In this document: positions 49,779 to 62,063 of the stretch, one piece after another
Layout of the letters: each line of letters begins with the position of its first letter
Position numbering within the stretch: position 1 is the stretch's first letter
Origin: Rozella allomycis CSF55
Lineage: Eukaryota
Length of the DNA: 64,000 nt
Assembly (NCBI GenBank): GCA_000442015.1
Contig: KE560384.1
Coordinates: forward strand, 1 to 64,000
Reading direction: 5' to 3'
The notes under the pieces: generated by a model
What the model was told of the DNA's origin: nothing
The model's database searches: none
The model's input: the letters and a program-made list of their open reading frames with translations, nothing else
Position numbers and translations under genes: made by a program

Positions 49779-52700
49779 ATGAGTGCAACTCTTTGGATAC
49801 ACGACGATAATTTTTCTTCAAGAACAGTTTTGCATAATATTTTACAGCTATCACCAGGTGACGTTATAGAACTTGAGTTTGAGGATATAAATCAGGAAAA
49901 AATGTACCTAAAAATTGAACAGTCCAAGACTGATCAAATCAAAACTTCAAATTCGGTGATATCTCTACATAAAAGAATAGCAGATTTATTTAACATTAAT
50001 TCCCGACGAGAAATATTTTTTAAAAAGGTGAATGTCAATAGTGAAACTGAGATAGATTGATAGAAATGAAATTCGGGTTGATTTTGTCGAATTGAGCTTC
50101 AGGGATCATTATATCTCTCGTAAAGGACTGTGGCAGCTGCAAAAATATCTCCAAGGGAAATTAGTGTATGACAAGATGAATGTAGATTACGAGTCCTTGT
50201 CAAGAGGGATGATAACAACAATTGAATCGCATAAAGGAAATGTAAGTCCACTGCTAGTATATAATAATTAGAAAAGGAGTGGATTTATAGATTCCAAGAC
50301 AAAGTTTGTATTTCGATCTGAATCAGCGAAATTCGTTATATTTCTCGAAATGTCGAGAGAATTGGAGATGTATGATGTGAATGGTTTGAATTATGCCTCT
50401 AAAATGTTGTATCATTTTTTGCCAGAGTTGTTTAACAGATGGAAGGAAATAAATGCTAATCATTTAGTAACTGTTGTATTGTGTGGAAGGTTGAATGGAA
50501 ATAAAAAGTACAAAGACATTTACAAGGTTGTTTTTGAATGGGAATCAACTTCAGATTGGAGTTCATTTTTGATGACAATAAGAACCGGGGTATTCCAATT
50601 TTGGGAGGAAGTTTTCACAAGGAAAATAATTGAGGGGTCTTTGTATATTGATTATGAAATATCTTCTACAATAAATGGATGTATTTTGGAAGCTACTAAT
50701 TTAGCATTAAATATTTATGATAAGCATTACATTGACAGAGATTTCTCAAAGACTGGACTTTCAATAGTTTATGTGACAGCAGGAAATGGGTATTTTGAAG
50801 TTGAAAGAGATTTGTTTGCGATAACAAAGAGAAGATTGGTTGATGCGGGCATTGGCCTTGATGTCGTTTGTTTAGCAAAGACACCCTTGTTCACTCCGCC
50901 ATTGTTTAAGATAAATCTAAACGACGGCAGATTTAATTATGCGATTCCTCACTGGATTGATTGTAGTTTTTACGATCAAAATAAATTAAAGAATGATTTT
51001 AGATATTCTTTGGATCAATTAGAGGAGTACATTCAGGGCGATGAAGACGATTCAGACTTATTGAATAAAATACCAACATTGGAATCAACTTATGTGGAAA
51101 ATGTAGAAAAGAACAAGGCTTTTATAAATAACTCTCAGGATACAAAGGAAATAGATTATGACTTATTTGATGAACTTTTATTTAAAGAAAACAACGTTAG
51201 AACCCCTGCATTTTCCATTCATGAAATTTCCTTTAAATCTAAACGAACTTTTCTTTCTGAAATCGATGAAATTTCTTCAAATCTATCTCAAACATCTCCA
51301 TCATACAATTCCATTAGTAAAGCGGTTCCGATAAACTCTCTTGGGAGAATTGTTAGTTATAATTTACAATTTAGTTCACCAGAAAGTCCCTCGAAAAGTC
51401 CCATGAAGAGATTTCTTGTTAATCCAATGAATCCAACGCCTGTTAATAAAACGATGAGTTCTTATCGTCGACGATGGCAATTTGCGTTTCCTCAAAGCAT
51501 TGATCCCAGAAATTCAATCTCTGTAACTAAATGGAAATCGTTAACTAAACCGGCGTGCTTTCCATTGACTACTGATTTCTTGCCCAGCATTGATCAATTA
51601 AGTGATGAGTACAAGGAATATACTTACACAATATATCCAAATGATGAAAATATATTTCTTTCTGGTTACAGAACATCAATTTCAAATTTATTGGAAGAGC
51701 TTGTTGGCCAAAGGTTATCACAAGGGTTTCAATTGATTGAAAAGTTTTATGAAAATTCAGAAGAGAGAAACTCTTCAACCCCCACATTAGGAATATCAAA
51801 AATTATTGACGATGGACAGTGGCATACATATTTTGTTAGTTTGGGTGATCAAGTCCACCAATTGAGTTTGAATGGTGGCGAAAACATTGAAGTTAAAAGA
51901 TTTGTAAAAAAGAATAAAAAAGTGTACGGCAATCAAATTTACGAGTTTAATATTTTGTATAATAACCGTGCATTTCATGAGGAACGATGCGTTAATTTCA
52001 GTCAACCATCCATCACCAACTACAATTGGAATTATCTCGATCATTTAATAGCTGGATATCACAATGACTTAACAGAAACATTGAAATATTGGAGGTCTAG
52101 ATTTATACTAATTCCGCTGGCTGCTCTGCCACATTCCTTGCTAGGAAGAGAATCATTAAATGATGAAGAATTGCGATTAAATGGATTTTTCAAGTTTATT
52201 CAGATATTTAAAAAATATAAAATAAACAATGAGCAAACTAAATCACTGGCCCAGGCTAAAAATTTTGAAATTCTTGCTGACCTGGGTATTGCAATTTCAA
52301 CTTTTCGTTTATCTGCTTATGTGTCTTCTGAGAGTGGAACTTTGGAATCTCAAAATTTTAATGATTTTAATGAAAGCGTCACTAAAGATATTACTGTACA
52401 CGAAGTAGCTTCTTTGATGCAACATCCAACCCTTGGGGTCTCAATTAAGGATAGGCGATGGCATTGGTGGCTACACAAGCGAGTTTTCACGGGTTCTGAA
52501 TTTATTGACTGGGCTTTAAAATCTTTCAAAGATATATCCACTCGTGAGGAGGCTTTGGCTTATGGAAATGTCTTGATTGAAAAGGGATTGTTTGAACATG
52601 TTAGTCAATCACATTTATTAATTGATGGTCACAACTTTTATCGATTAAACCATGAATTTGATCAGGTAGCTTTTAACTCTACTCTAATCCAGGGATCGCA

Positions 52701-53604
52701 AGACAAGGAAAAAGGTGACAGGGGTGTAGTTCGTTGGTTCAATAAATTCGTTTCTTCTAAATCCAGAATGGAGAATGAAACTCAAAGACGAAAAATAGTG
52801 TGTTCTAGGAAAATATTTATTGATATTGATCCACTGAAAAAGACTAATAGAATGGAATGGGCAGTTTTGCATTATGACGCGGCTCATAATCCAAAAATTT
52901 GTTATCACTTTACGTTGAATTGGCTTGTGTGCACAGCAAAACTAATGGAAGATATGATCAAATCAATGACTCAAAAGGCATATCAGTGTGGATTTGCACT
53001 TGTTGAAGCTCCAGCTGAGTCAATCCAACAAACTAACAACAGAAATCCGTTCCATGCCCCTCTACAAATAAAATTGAGTTGTGCACCTCCATCATACAAA
53101 GAAATTAGCGCCAAAATAAATTTGAAAATCCCACCAACATACTTTGAAGAAGAATTAGTAAAGAAATTTGACTTTATACTCGACTTGGAAGCGGATGAAA
53201 GATTTCCTACTCAAGTTGAACGTATCTTTTCGTATGAAAGATCTCCCGTTGAATACACGCAGTATGTTCACAGATCAGGTGAAGTTTTTGTTCAATTGGT
53301 AGGAAACGGCCAGCCAATTTTGTGGACCGAAAATCGATTATTTATTTCAAAGCAAAAAACTAAACCAAAATGCGCCAATCTCTTCAACGAACTTTCTGAA
53401 TTTTGCAGCAATCAATCTGCACTGACTGAATTTTGGAATGAAAGAGTTAAAATTCTTATTTCTGACGCAGGCTTTGATATTCTGTTGGATGAAGTTGCTG
53501 TGGAAGATCAAACTGACACGGATGGATCTCTGAAACGACGATCTTCGCTAAGCTTTAGAAAGGCATCAAACAGAGAAAACGTTATTCATATCTTTAATAA
53601 ATAA
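49779..53604 (+). CDS. IML1: GATOR1/SEACIT subunit Iml1/DEPDC5
   Basis: FRSESAKF, HYIDRDFSKTG, KWKSLTKPACFPLTTD, QRLSQGFQ and a DEP domain (FTGSEFIDW). Confidence 0.95.
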
Positions 53605-53897
53605 ACTTATTTCGATATTTAACTCGAGTTGGTCTTTTGAATCAGCAAAAAGTCATTTGATCATCTGAGTCCTGCAATTTCATTAAACTAGACTCTGAGG
53701 TCCTTGATATCTTGCTTTACAGCATAAAGCTGGTCTATTAAATTTTAATGTCACATGCTTTTATACCATGGAAATTCTTAGTAGACATTGGAAATGATTT
53801 CTTTCTAAAACACAATTTGAATTGCATTGACATTGCGGGTTTCAAAGGTAGCGAAAACAATACAAATACTATTGCCAATTGATAGAAGAGAATTTAT

Positions 53898-55601
53898 TTA
53901 AAGTTTTGATACATGATAAAAGTCGGCTTCAGTGACACCAAGACCCATTGAAGATGTATTGACAATACCACCAGAAGCAGCTTTAATACAATCGTCATAA
54001 TAGTTTGCCCCAGACCAAGCTTGATGTGTTAAAGTTTCAATTTTATATTCTCTCTCCTTTCTTTGGATATCCTGAACATAAGCTAACATTCCCTTTGTTG
54101 AATAGTCTTTTGCAAATTTGTCAATTATCAATGAATTCGCATGAAATCCAGCCAAAGTGATAAACTGCCAAACATACCCAAGCTTGGCAAGATTGGGAAT
54201 GAACGATTGAATGTCTTCGTCGCTCAAACCAGCCTTGTCCCAATTAAATGAAGGCGACAAATTATATGCGAGGAATTTATTTGGAAATACTTTTTTAACT
54301 TGATCTGCAAATTGTTTTGCTTGATGGTAGTCTGGTTTGGCACTTTCCATCCAAAGCACATCACAATATGGCGCAAAAGCAATAGCCCTTGCAATGCAAT
54401 ATTCGGTACCACATTTCACTCTGTAAAGCCCTAAATTTACAAATTAATATCTAAGGTACCTTCAATAGTTCTTGGAGAGTCCCAGCACCAATAAACATCA
54501 ATTCCAAGAGATTTCGCAAACTCTCTGGCTTCATTGTGACTCATGCTCTTTGTTTTCTCATACCAATCGTGAATATCGTTTTCATTCGATCCACGAGTAT
54601 TTAAATGCGTTGCAACCAAGTCTCGATATAATATCAATCTTGCATCTTTTAACCATTTAGTTTGAAGATGTTCCAGTTCAATAGTACTCAAACCTTTCTG
54701 TAACCCCGCGAATAAAACATCAGCTAAAGGCTTCAAATCTGGATTTGAACTCCCAAGAATAAATGGATGATCTCTTTTATCAATATTGCTTTGTAGCAGG
54801 TTGGCAGCCTCAGCGTCAGTTCTAGCAATTAAAATAGTTTCAACTCCCATAACATCCATCTGAAGCCGCATAGCTTGCAATCTGTTAATATGTTCTTGCA
54901 TTGTAACAAGAACCTTTCCTACGTCCAATAAAGCAAGCGTAAGTACCTGCTAAATGCCCACATTTTTTGTATGATGAAAGCTGATCTTCCACATGAATTC
55001 CGGCTGCACCACTCTCCACAAACATCTTGGTTAACTTCATGTTTGCCGTTCTCCCACCGTGCCCTGTATCAGCGTCAGCAATAATTGGGGCCAAGTAGTC
55101 AACATAGTTATCAAACACCCTATCCGATTTTACATCTTTTGCTCTTTTTATTAATTCATGCATTTGCTTCTTATCATGAAAAACTTGAGCAGAAAATAAT
55201 TGATGTACCTTTAATGGTACAGTGTTCATGGGATAGTCCGCTAAATCTGGCCCGGGCTCATTAGAACTCGATGCAGTAGACGAACATTGCCAGCCTGAAA
55301 CGTAAATAGTATCAAGGTATTTCGCCTTTGAGTTTTTCGGCTAAAATATTACCATTTGCACAACTTGAATCGGATCAAGAGCCCCAAATGTAACAGAAGC
55401 CGTCCTGTTTCTTTGATGTTTTCTCAGCAAGTCCCAAAGTTTCTTGGCTTGGTCATTGGATACATACGATTGCCTAAGACTTCCTCGTAATGAAACAACT
55501 TGGTCGGCAGTATATGTTCTAAAGACATCCTTGAATCTTTCAGTCATCCACCATTTATTGACCCTTTCTACTTCTTGCTCAAATGATACTTGCAATTTCA
55601 T
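53898..55601 (-). CDS. ICL1: Isocitrate lyase with C-terminal SKL
   Basis: [27 protein letters not shown] and [10 protein letters not shown] motifs; 3 introns. Confidence 0.93.
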
Positions 55602-55698
55602 GTCGTTGAGAATAAAGCTTTCAATGCGCCATAAAGGTTAAATTTATTGAAATTAACGTCAAATTAACACAATTAAATTAAGAAATTATTAGGCCCAA

Positions 55699-57172
55699 TT
55701 AATTTGCTTTATTGCTAGAAAATTTGCGGGAACGTTTGTCACTTTCAGCATTTTGTGCTCTGTCATTTAAACTGCAACATATTGATTACTCTAAAATTTT
55801 TAACTGCTCATCAAGCTTCTTAATTTCTTCCTCGATAGACTCCTTTTCTTTGATGGTGGACTTTATAGATTCCTCTGCATTCTTTAAAAGCTAACATTTC
55901 GAAACAAATAAAAATTTTACATCGTCATTCCGCTTTTTTAATTCTTCTTCTTTGTTTTTAAGCATCGATGCATAAGTATTCTTTAGCCTTTCCTCCTCAG
56001 TACTGTTTTGATGTCTTCCAGAATCACCTTCAAAAGCCTCCACTGATTTTATTTTGGTATCGTTCTGCTGTAAATATGTGGTACGAAATGAATTGTAATG
56101 GATATCATTTGTTGATATGACCAGGTCATTCAAATTACGGCTTTTAGTGACACTTGCATACTTAAATTACCTCATAATCAATTCTCTGAGATGAATAAAA
56201 TCGGAATGTTGCTCGTTCTCGACATCGATTATCCCCCAACGATGAGCCCGACCCCGGATTCGTTTTCCATTAACTTCAACTAATGTATTACAGCCAACCA
56301 CAGCAAAAGGTATATGTGTCTCTAAATGTGAGATAGAAGCCCTGTCATCACAATAGTTATATGGATAGATTTTAATATCCTCCTTCTCAAGTCTCTTCAT
56401 AATCTTAACTCTCATAACACATGGATAATTACAGCATTTTTAAAAACTATTTTCTCATCTGCCGTCAGAGTATCTGATTTTGCTATAACTGGAATTATGT
56501 TGACCTTTCCAGATAGTTTTGATAGTGAGAAAATGTCAAGATCCTTAATTCTTATTATGGAATTACATTTAACTTACCTTTTACCAGTAGGGCTTATAAA
56601 ATAAAGCAACAAATGAACTCTTGAATCTTTAAAATACGGCCTTGGGTTTCTATTTTGTTCTTGCTGTAGATAGTTTTGGTTTTGTGTATCAATATATTCA
56701 ATTATTGGATTAAGACTACATTATCTTATTATTGCATGCTTACTCTTCATATCTATTCATTCTATCGCCAAACCCAGGTGTATCAATAACGGAAAGTCTT
56801 AAATGGACACCACTTTCAGTCAAATCTGTTGAATTGATTTTTCAATATTACCATAAGACTTGGCATTTATTTCAACTGTCTTGGTAGATTCCAGTGGTCT
56901 ACTTTTCTGTTCTTTTAGAACTGAATGAAATAGAGTATTAATAAATGTTGTTTTTCCGAGTCCACTTTCACCCACTACCATCACATTAAAAGCATAAGGC
57001 CGTCTCCTCTGACGACTAACATATTGTTTGGGAGCATTGTCCACGCCTACGTAAGATTTGGTGTTAATTGGTTTTGTCGACCCGAGTTTCCATGGACCAG
57101 GATCTGGAAAGCGTCCTCTAAATTGTAATGCGTATTCCTTTTAATCCCTGCTATCTTTTTTACTAATGGCAT
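55699..57172 (-). CDS. Septin
   Basis: GESGLGKTTFINTLF, IDTPGFGD, VIAKSD, PFAVVG and HSDF motifs; C-terminal coiled coil. Confidence 0.93.
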
Positions 57173-57410
57173 GGACCTAAATAAATAACTCCGATATTAA
57201 CTTGTAAACAAATCAGAAATTAATTGGCTCGTAATGATAGCAAGATACAAATTATGATTTTGATATTAACTTTACGGCTTCGCCATTAAAATTGTCAGTG
57301 ACAGGAAAAAGATGTTTTAGGAAACGCCAATTTCATAGTTAATCTGATAAGCCGACTGTCATTTCAGCATATAAGGGGAGTACCCTTTAGATAAAATCAG
57401 CAAAGACAAT

Positions 57411-58250
57411 ATGACTGTCTCTCACGAGTAAAACAATTAAAGTTGACTGTTTAGATCATCAATTATTGTTTTAACCAATACAAGCCGTTTCAGTAAGCTC
57501 TCTTCGGCCACTGGTTCTTTCCCTGAAACTGGTTTTGATGTAAGAGAGCTTGCATATGGTAAGAAAACTCTTTCTTAAAGGCCTAGTCTGGCAGTTACAT
57601 AAAATGGGTAAGTGTAAAGCAACATTTGCAACTCCAAATGGTGGTGAAGCGCCAATGGACCCACGTTCAAAGAAGGACTCTGAAAGTGATTCTGTAGTGA
57701 AAGAATTCCTTAATGACAATGAACCTTTGAGAATGTTAAAGAATACCGTAAAATTAGACCAAGTCGATTCATCAAAAGTCAAATTGGTCATTCTCATCGG
57801 AGGTAAAACGTGTCCGGTTTTTTTTAATAGGTCACGGTGCACTCTTTGACTTTCCAAAGAGCACACCACTCAGCCAATTATTGTCAAGAGTCTATTTTAA
57901 AAATCAGGGAATCATTGCAGCCATTTCTCAAGGAGTCATTGGTCTGATAAACCTTAAAGATGAAAGCGGCAGCCCATACCTAAAAGGAAAGAGAATAACA
58001 TGTAGTGCTGACGAGGAAGAACGTCGATTCCGTAAAATACTTTGTATGTTGTAACTTAGGTGAGGAACTTCCATTTACTGTTCAAGACAAACTTCAAGAA
58101 ATGGGTGCCAAAGTAGAGACTCAACAGGCATTTCAACCAAATGTTTTGGTAACTGAAGAGCGACTTATTACCGCTCAAAATTCTCAAAGTTCAATGAGGT
58201 TTGCTCAAATCATCAAGGAAACTTGGGAAAAGTTCCATCGTGAAGAATAA
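57411..58250 (+). CDS. DJ-1/PfpI (Hsp31-like) family protein
   Basis: TGFDVREL, ATPNGGEAPMDPRS, GGHGALFD and RLITAQN motifs. Confidence 0.85.
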
Positions 58251-58485
58251 GATTTAATGGCAATAAATTTCTTTGCAAATTTGATAACTTGATTTAAATT
58301 GTTGTTAAACTTTATGAATCGATGCCGAGAGTCATCAATTGCTGTGGTACTCTCCAAATTTATATGGAATAGATTGATATTAGTCAGCCGCTTAACATTG
58401 AGGTGGGTATGAGGGACGAGGGTGAATGTAATTTACTCATGGTATCAAAGAAAGCATGACGATTAAAAAGTTTTAAATCAATTTC

Positions 58486-59135
58486 TTATTTTTTATAAAT
58501 AAATTCTTTCTTTCCGGATTTAAAACATGCGAATCGAGCTGCTGTGAATAGAAAGTCGCTCAATCGATTAAAGAAAATTGACACGTCACTGTTACATTCT
58601 TTCTTTGATGATAAATGTACTATCATCCGTTCTGCACGCCTGCATACGGTGCGACAAACATGCAAATGTGAACTTGCCAGGCCACCAGACTATTTTAAGA
58701 GCAACAAATTAATACTGGTAGAATAAATGAAGTCAATTTTGGTAATTCATTCTCCATTTCATCAATCCAGTTTTCCAAATTAACAGTATAGTTTGGTGAA
58801 AACTCCATCTTTTTGTCAACGCCTTCTTCATGACGTCGTGGTGTAGCAATGACAGAATTCGCTTCTTGAAGAATACATTGTATCTTTTGAAGTCTATTAG
58901 ATAGCTCTTGCAAATCGGGAGATGCGCAATATTCTAAAGCTACTCCAATATGTGATGACAGCTCATCACTGGTTCCTAATGCATTGAAAATATCGTCCGT
59001 TTTAGCTCTTCTTTCACCTGAATACAATGATGAGACCCCTTTGTCCCCTGTCTTGGTATATATTTTGTATGCTACTTGGGGAGCTCTCATTGAAAGCATC
59101 TTTTTACAAACAAATAGCCTGTTTAGTAAATGCAT
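58486..59135 (-). CDS. MMAB: ATP:cob(I)alamin adenosyltransferase (PduO/MMAB type)
   Basis: KIYTKTGDKG, FILPSGG, RTVCRRAER and NRLSDFLF motifs; presequence-like N-terminus. Confidence 0.95.
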
Positions 59136-59552
59136 ATTGACATTGGTGGCTGAGAAGATTTACTTTTCATCATTTTGAAACGCGTAGAACCAAGGTCCTA
59201 AATTGATATTTTAAAAGCTGAAAAAATAGTACCAACATCTTTCTGATCGCAAAAAACTCTTTAAGGTTCCTGGCAGGTTGATTTTTGGGACAATCTGAAA
59301 CTGTAAGGGAAAGAAGGATATCCATAGTTCTAAGTATCTTGCGTCTTTTTTCATGGCTCCCTACCATAAAGTGAACGAGACCCCCGGATATGATCTTCGT
59401 ATCATCATCAACTAACAGATTTCATGAAGCGTTGTATTCCTCAACCTTCTTCCGGCTTTAATACAATTACACGATTGTTTTTTCATAAAGTTTATAGTTT
59501 TCTTCCTGCCCACCTCTTCTAACCTATTGCCTGGTTGCCAAGAAGAAAAGAG

Positions 59553-60901
59553 ATGAGATCCAAAAAGAGTATAACATCTTCATTCTTCTTGTTGTTCATT
59601 TTAATTCTTGTTGTTTATTTTTCATTGAGAACAAACTCCAATGAAACTGTAAAAATATTTCTTCATAAAAATAGTTTACAGATCGACTTGTATTAAATCA
59701 GGAGAATAAGACGAAGATAGGAGAAAATAACAAAGAAAAGAATATAAAAGCTAGTTTTGTTGAAACATTTCTAAAGTTTCCCTTGAATGAAACCAAAGTA
59801 GCGTTTGCTGAGAATAATCCAACAAAGATCGACGAATTCACAACAGATATGATAAAATTACTTGTTGAATTTGACGTAAAAGAGCCGCTAGTGAAGATTA
59901 ATGAAGAATGTTTGCCACCACCCCTGGAAGAAGTTAATTGTGGAGAATACCCTGGCGTGTTTTCAGGGAAGAGAGAACGACCAGCTAAAATAGCACATTT
60001 AATACAATTTGGATTTGATGTCGATACATTAGAAATAGCGCTGCATCAATATTACGATCATGTCGATTTTGTTTTTCTGTTAGAATCAATAAAGACTCAC
60101 TATCATCAATTAAATAAACCTTTGGTGTGGGAAAAGGTGAAACATTCCGAACGATTTTCTAAATTTAAACACAAAGTCGTACATTTTGTTGTTGATGAGG
60201 CGTTGATTGGCAAGATGAAAGAAGAAAAGAAGGGGGATTGGTTCTTGGAAGAGTTGCAAGAAGAATATCGATGGAAAAAGTTTCTGCAGTGGAATGAAAT
60301 TACAAAATACTTCAACGATGACGACATTATTGGATTTGGCGATACAGATGAAATCCCCAGCAGAAAGAATTTGAATTTATTGAAATTTTGCAAATTAAAA
60401 GTTCCCAGGGTTGATGTTGGGATTTGGTTTCCAATGGGCAAAGTGGATCAAGCATTCAAACCTGACTGGCCTGTATCGTGGAGTCACCCCTACACTTTAG
60501 GCGATCCCACTTATTACTCACTTGGCGCTGCAAAGGCCTTCAATGAAAATAATAAAATACCTACAAGATCAAGAGGCAGGAGTGGAGCCTTCATCTTGGG
60601 TGGGATGCACATGTCGCACGATGGTTATTTGCCTTTTCAAATGCTAAAAAGATTATCTTGTACAGAATGTGGAATTAACATTAACGATTTCGAACATTGG
60701 TACGACATGCTAAGCAAGGGGAAATTACACGAGTTAGAATTTGAATTGGCAAAAGAATACCCTGGAAATGAAAAGAGAATAGTCCCTTTATCTTCTTTAA
60801 ATGATCAAAATCGTAAAGCAGTTTCAATTCCATGGTTCTATGAATGCAACAAACAGAGATTTCCTCAATGGGAAAGAAAGCACGACACTCGATTAGATTA
60901 A
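59553..60901 (+). CDS. Glycosyltransferase family 17-like (MGAT3-like) type II membrane protein
   Basis: TM exon, then a 26-nt intron; DTLEIAL...VDFVFLLES..TH....KPL and DDIIGFGDTDEIP motifs. Confidence 0.8.
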
Positions 60902-60947
60902 TAAAAGTTATAAAGTCATTCCATTTTGCATATTTCTTTATTTTAAT

Positions 60948-61915
60948 TTATTTCATGTTAATTTTTTGACATGTTAAAACTAACGCTCTCAGACTGGAAG
61001 ATATTGACATGTTGCCGTATAGCGTAGATTTTCCAATTATCTCCACTCCTTGTAATAGTTCTTCATACGGCAAGGTTACATTAATTTCATAACTATCAAT
61101 AAAAAGATTAGTGCATTCTTTCCATTGATCGAAACTCATGTCTTTGTCTATAAAATATTGCGGAATCCATTCAGTATCACCAGAATGAGACAACAGTTCT
61201 TGCCAATTTGCATGATTGGAAAGAGTCTTGGAATTTACAAAATCAATAATTTCTTTTCTTAAGAAAGCTACACAATGTGCATACGAATTTATGACACTAG
61301 ATGCCTGTATATCAATGCAAAGTTGATCCAGCTTTCTTTCCTGTAGCTGTATATTAATGCCAAGTTGATCCAACTTTGATCTTCAGTTTTTTTTTCGTGT
61401 TTGCCTTTTATCTCTTCAATTTCCTTTTTAAACTCCTCAAACTCTTCTCTTTCTATAAGTTTTCCCGAGGTACCCTTTTTCTCCTTTGCATGTNTTCCCG
61501 AGGTACCCTTTTTCCCCTTTGCATGTCTTTGCTTTTTCGAAAGCTCTTCTACTTTCTCTTGCGCTATCAAAGCATCTCTGGCATTCACCTGCCCTGCTTC
61601 TAACTGTTCACGGATAGGTGTAATTGGCATTAGGTTATGGTCAATAGGCGAATATTCTATGGAGGCGGTATGCTTACTGAGCTTCTTGGCCCGCATTATC
61701 CAGTCCTTTATTTTCGTACTTTCATCGACATTAGGATATAGTCTTGCATTCAGCAGGGTGTCTCTCAAGCCATAAGATTCTACCATCTTCTCTCTAGCAA
61801 GTCTAATATCATCCCTATACAGCATTTCACCAACAGTGGCGTTTTCGTCAACCGAAAAAGTTACTGTTCTTTCGGCCTCTGTCAAAAGAATTCTAATCTC
61901 GATGTTCTCAGACAT
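60948..61915 (-). pseudogene. Ubiquitin-like N-terminus plus coiled coil protein (possibly Crinkler-like) with an apparent frameshift
   Basis: Two overlapping ORFs switch frame near 61375 with no intron; N at 61494. Confidence 0.4.
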
Positions 61916-62063
61916 TATGCAGGGGCTTCTGGAAACTTTGAACCTGAAGACTTTAAAACTACTAATACAGTGGTGGGATGTTTGTGCTGGTTGTGGGTAT
62001 TTTCACAAATTTTGAAATGAACGGTAAATTCAAATCAAATTTATCAAGTTGATTTATTTAAAA

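Noticed and set aside
4745-59135. Fragmented ORFs read as pseudogenes, frameshifts or an alternative genetic code
   Set aside because: Almost every break is repaired by a 26-32 nt GT-AG intron under the standard code.
61461-61527. Tandem repeat encoding HAKGKKGTSG twice
   Set aside because: N at 61494 lies exactly between the copies; probable artefact.
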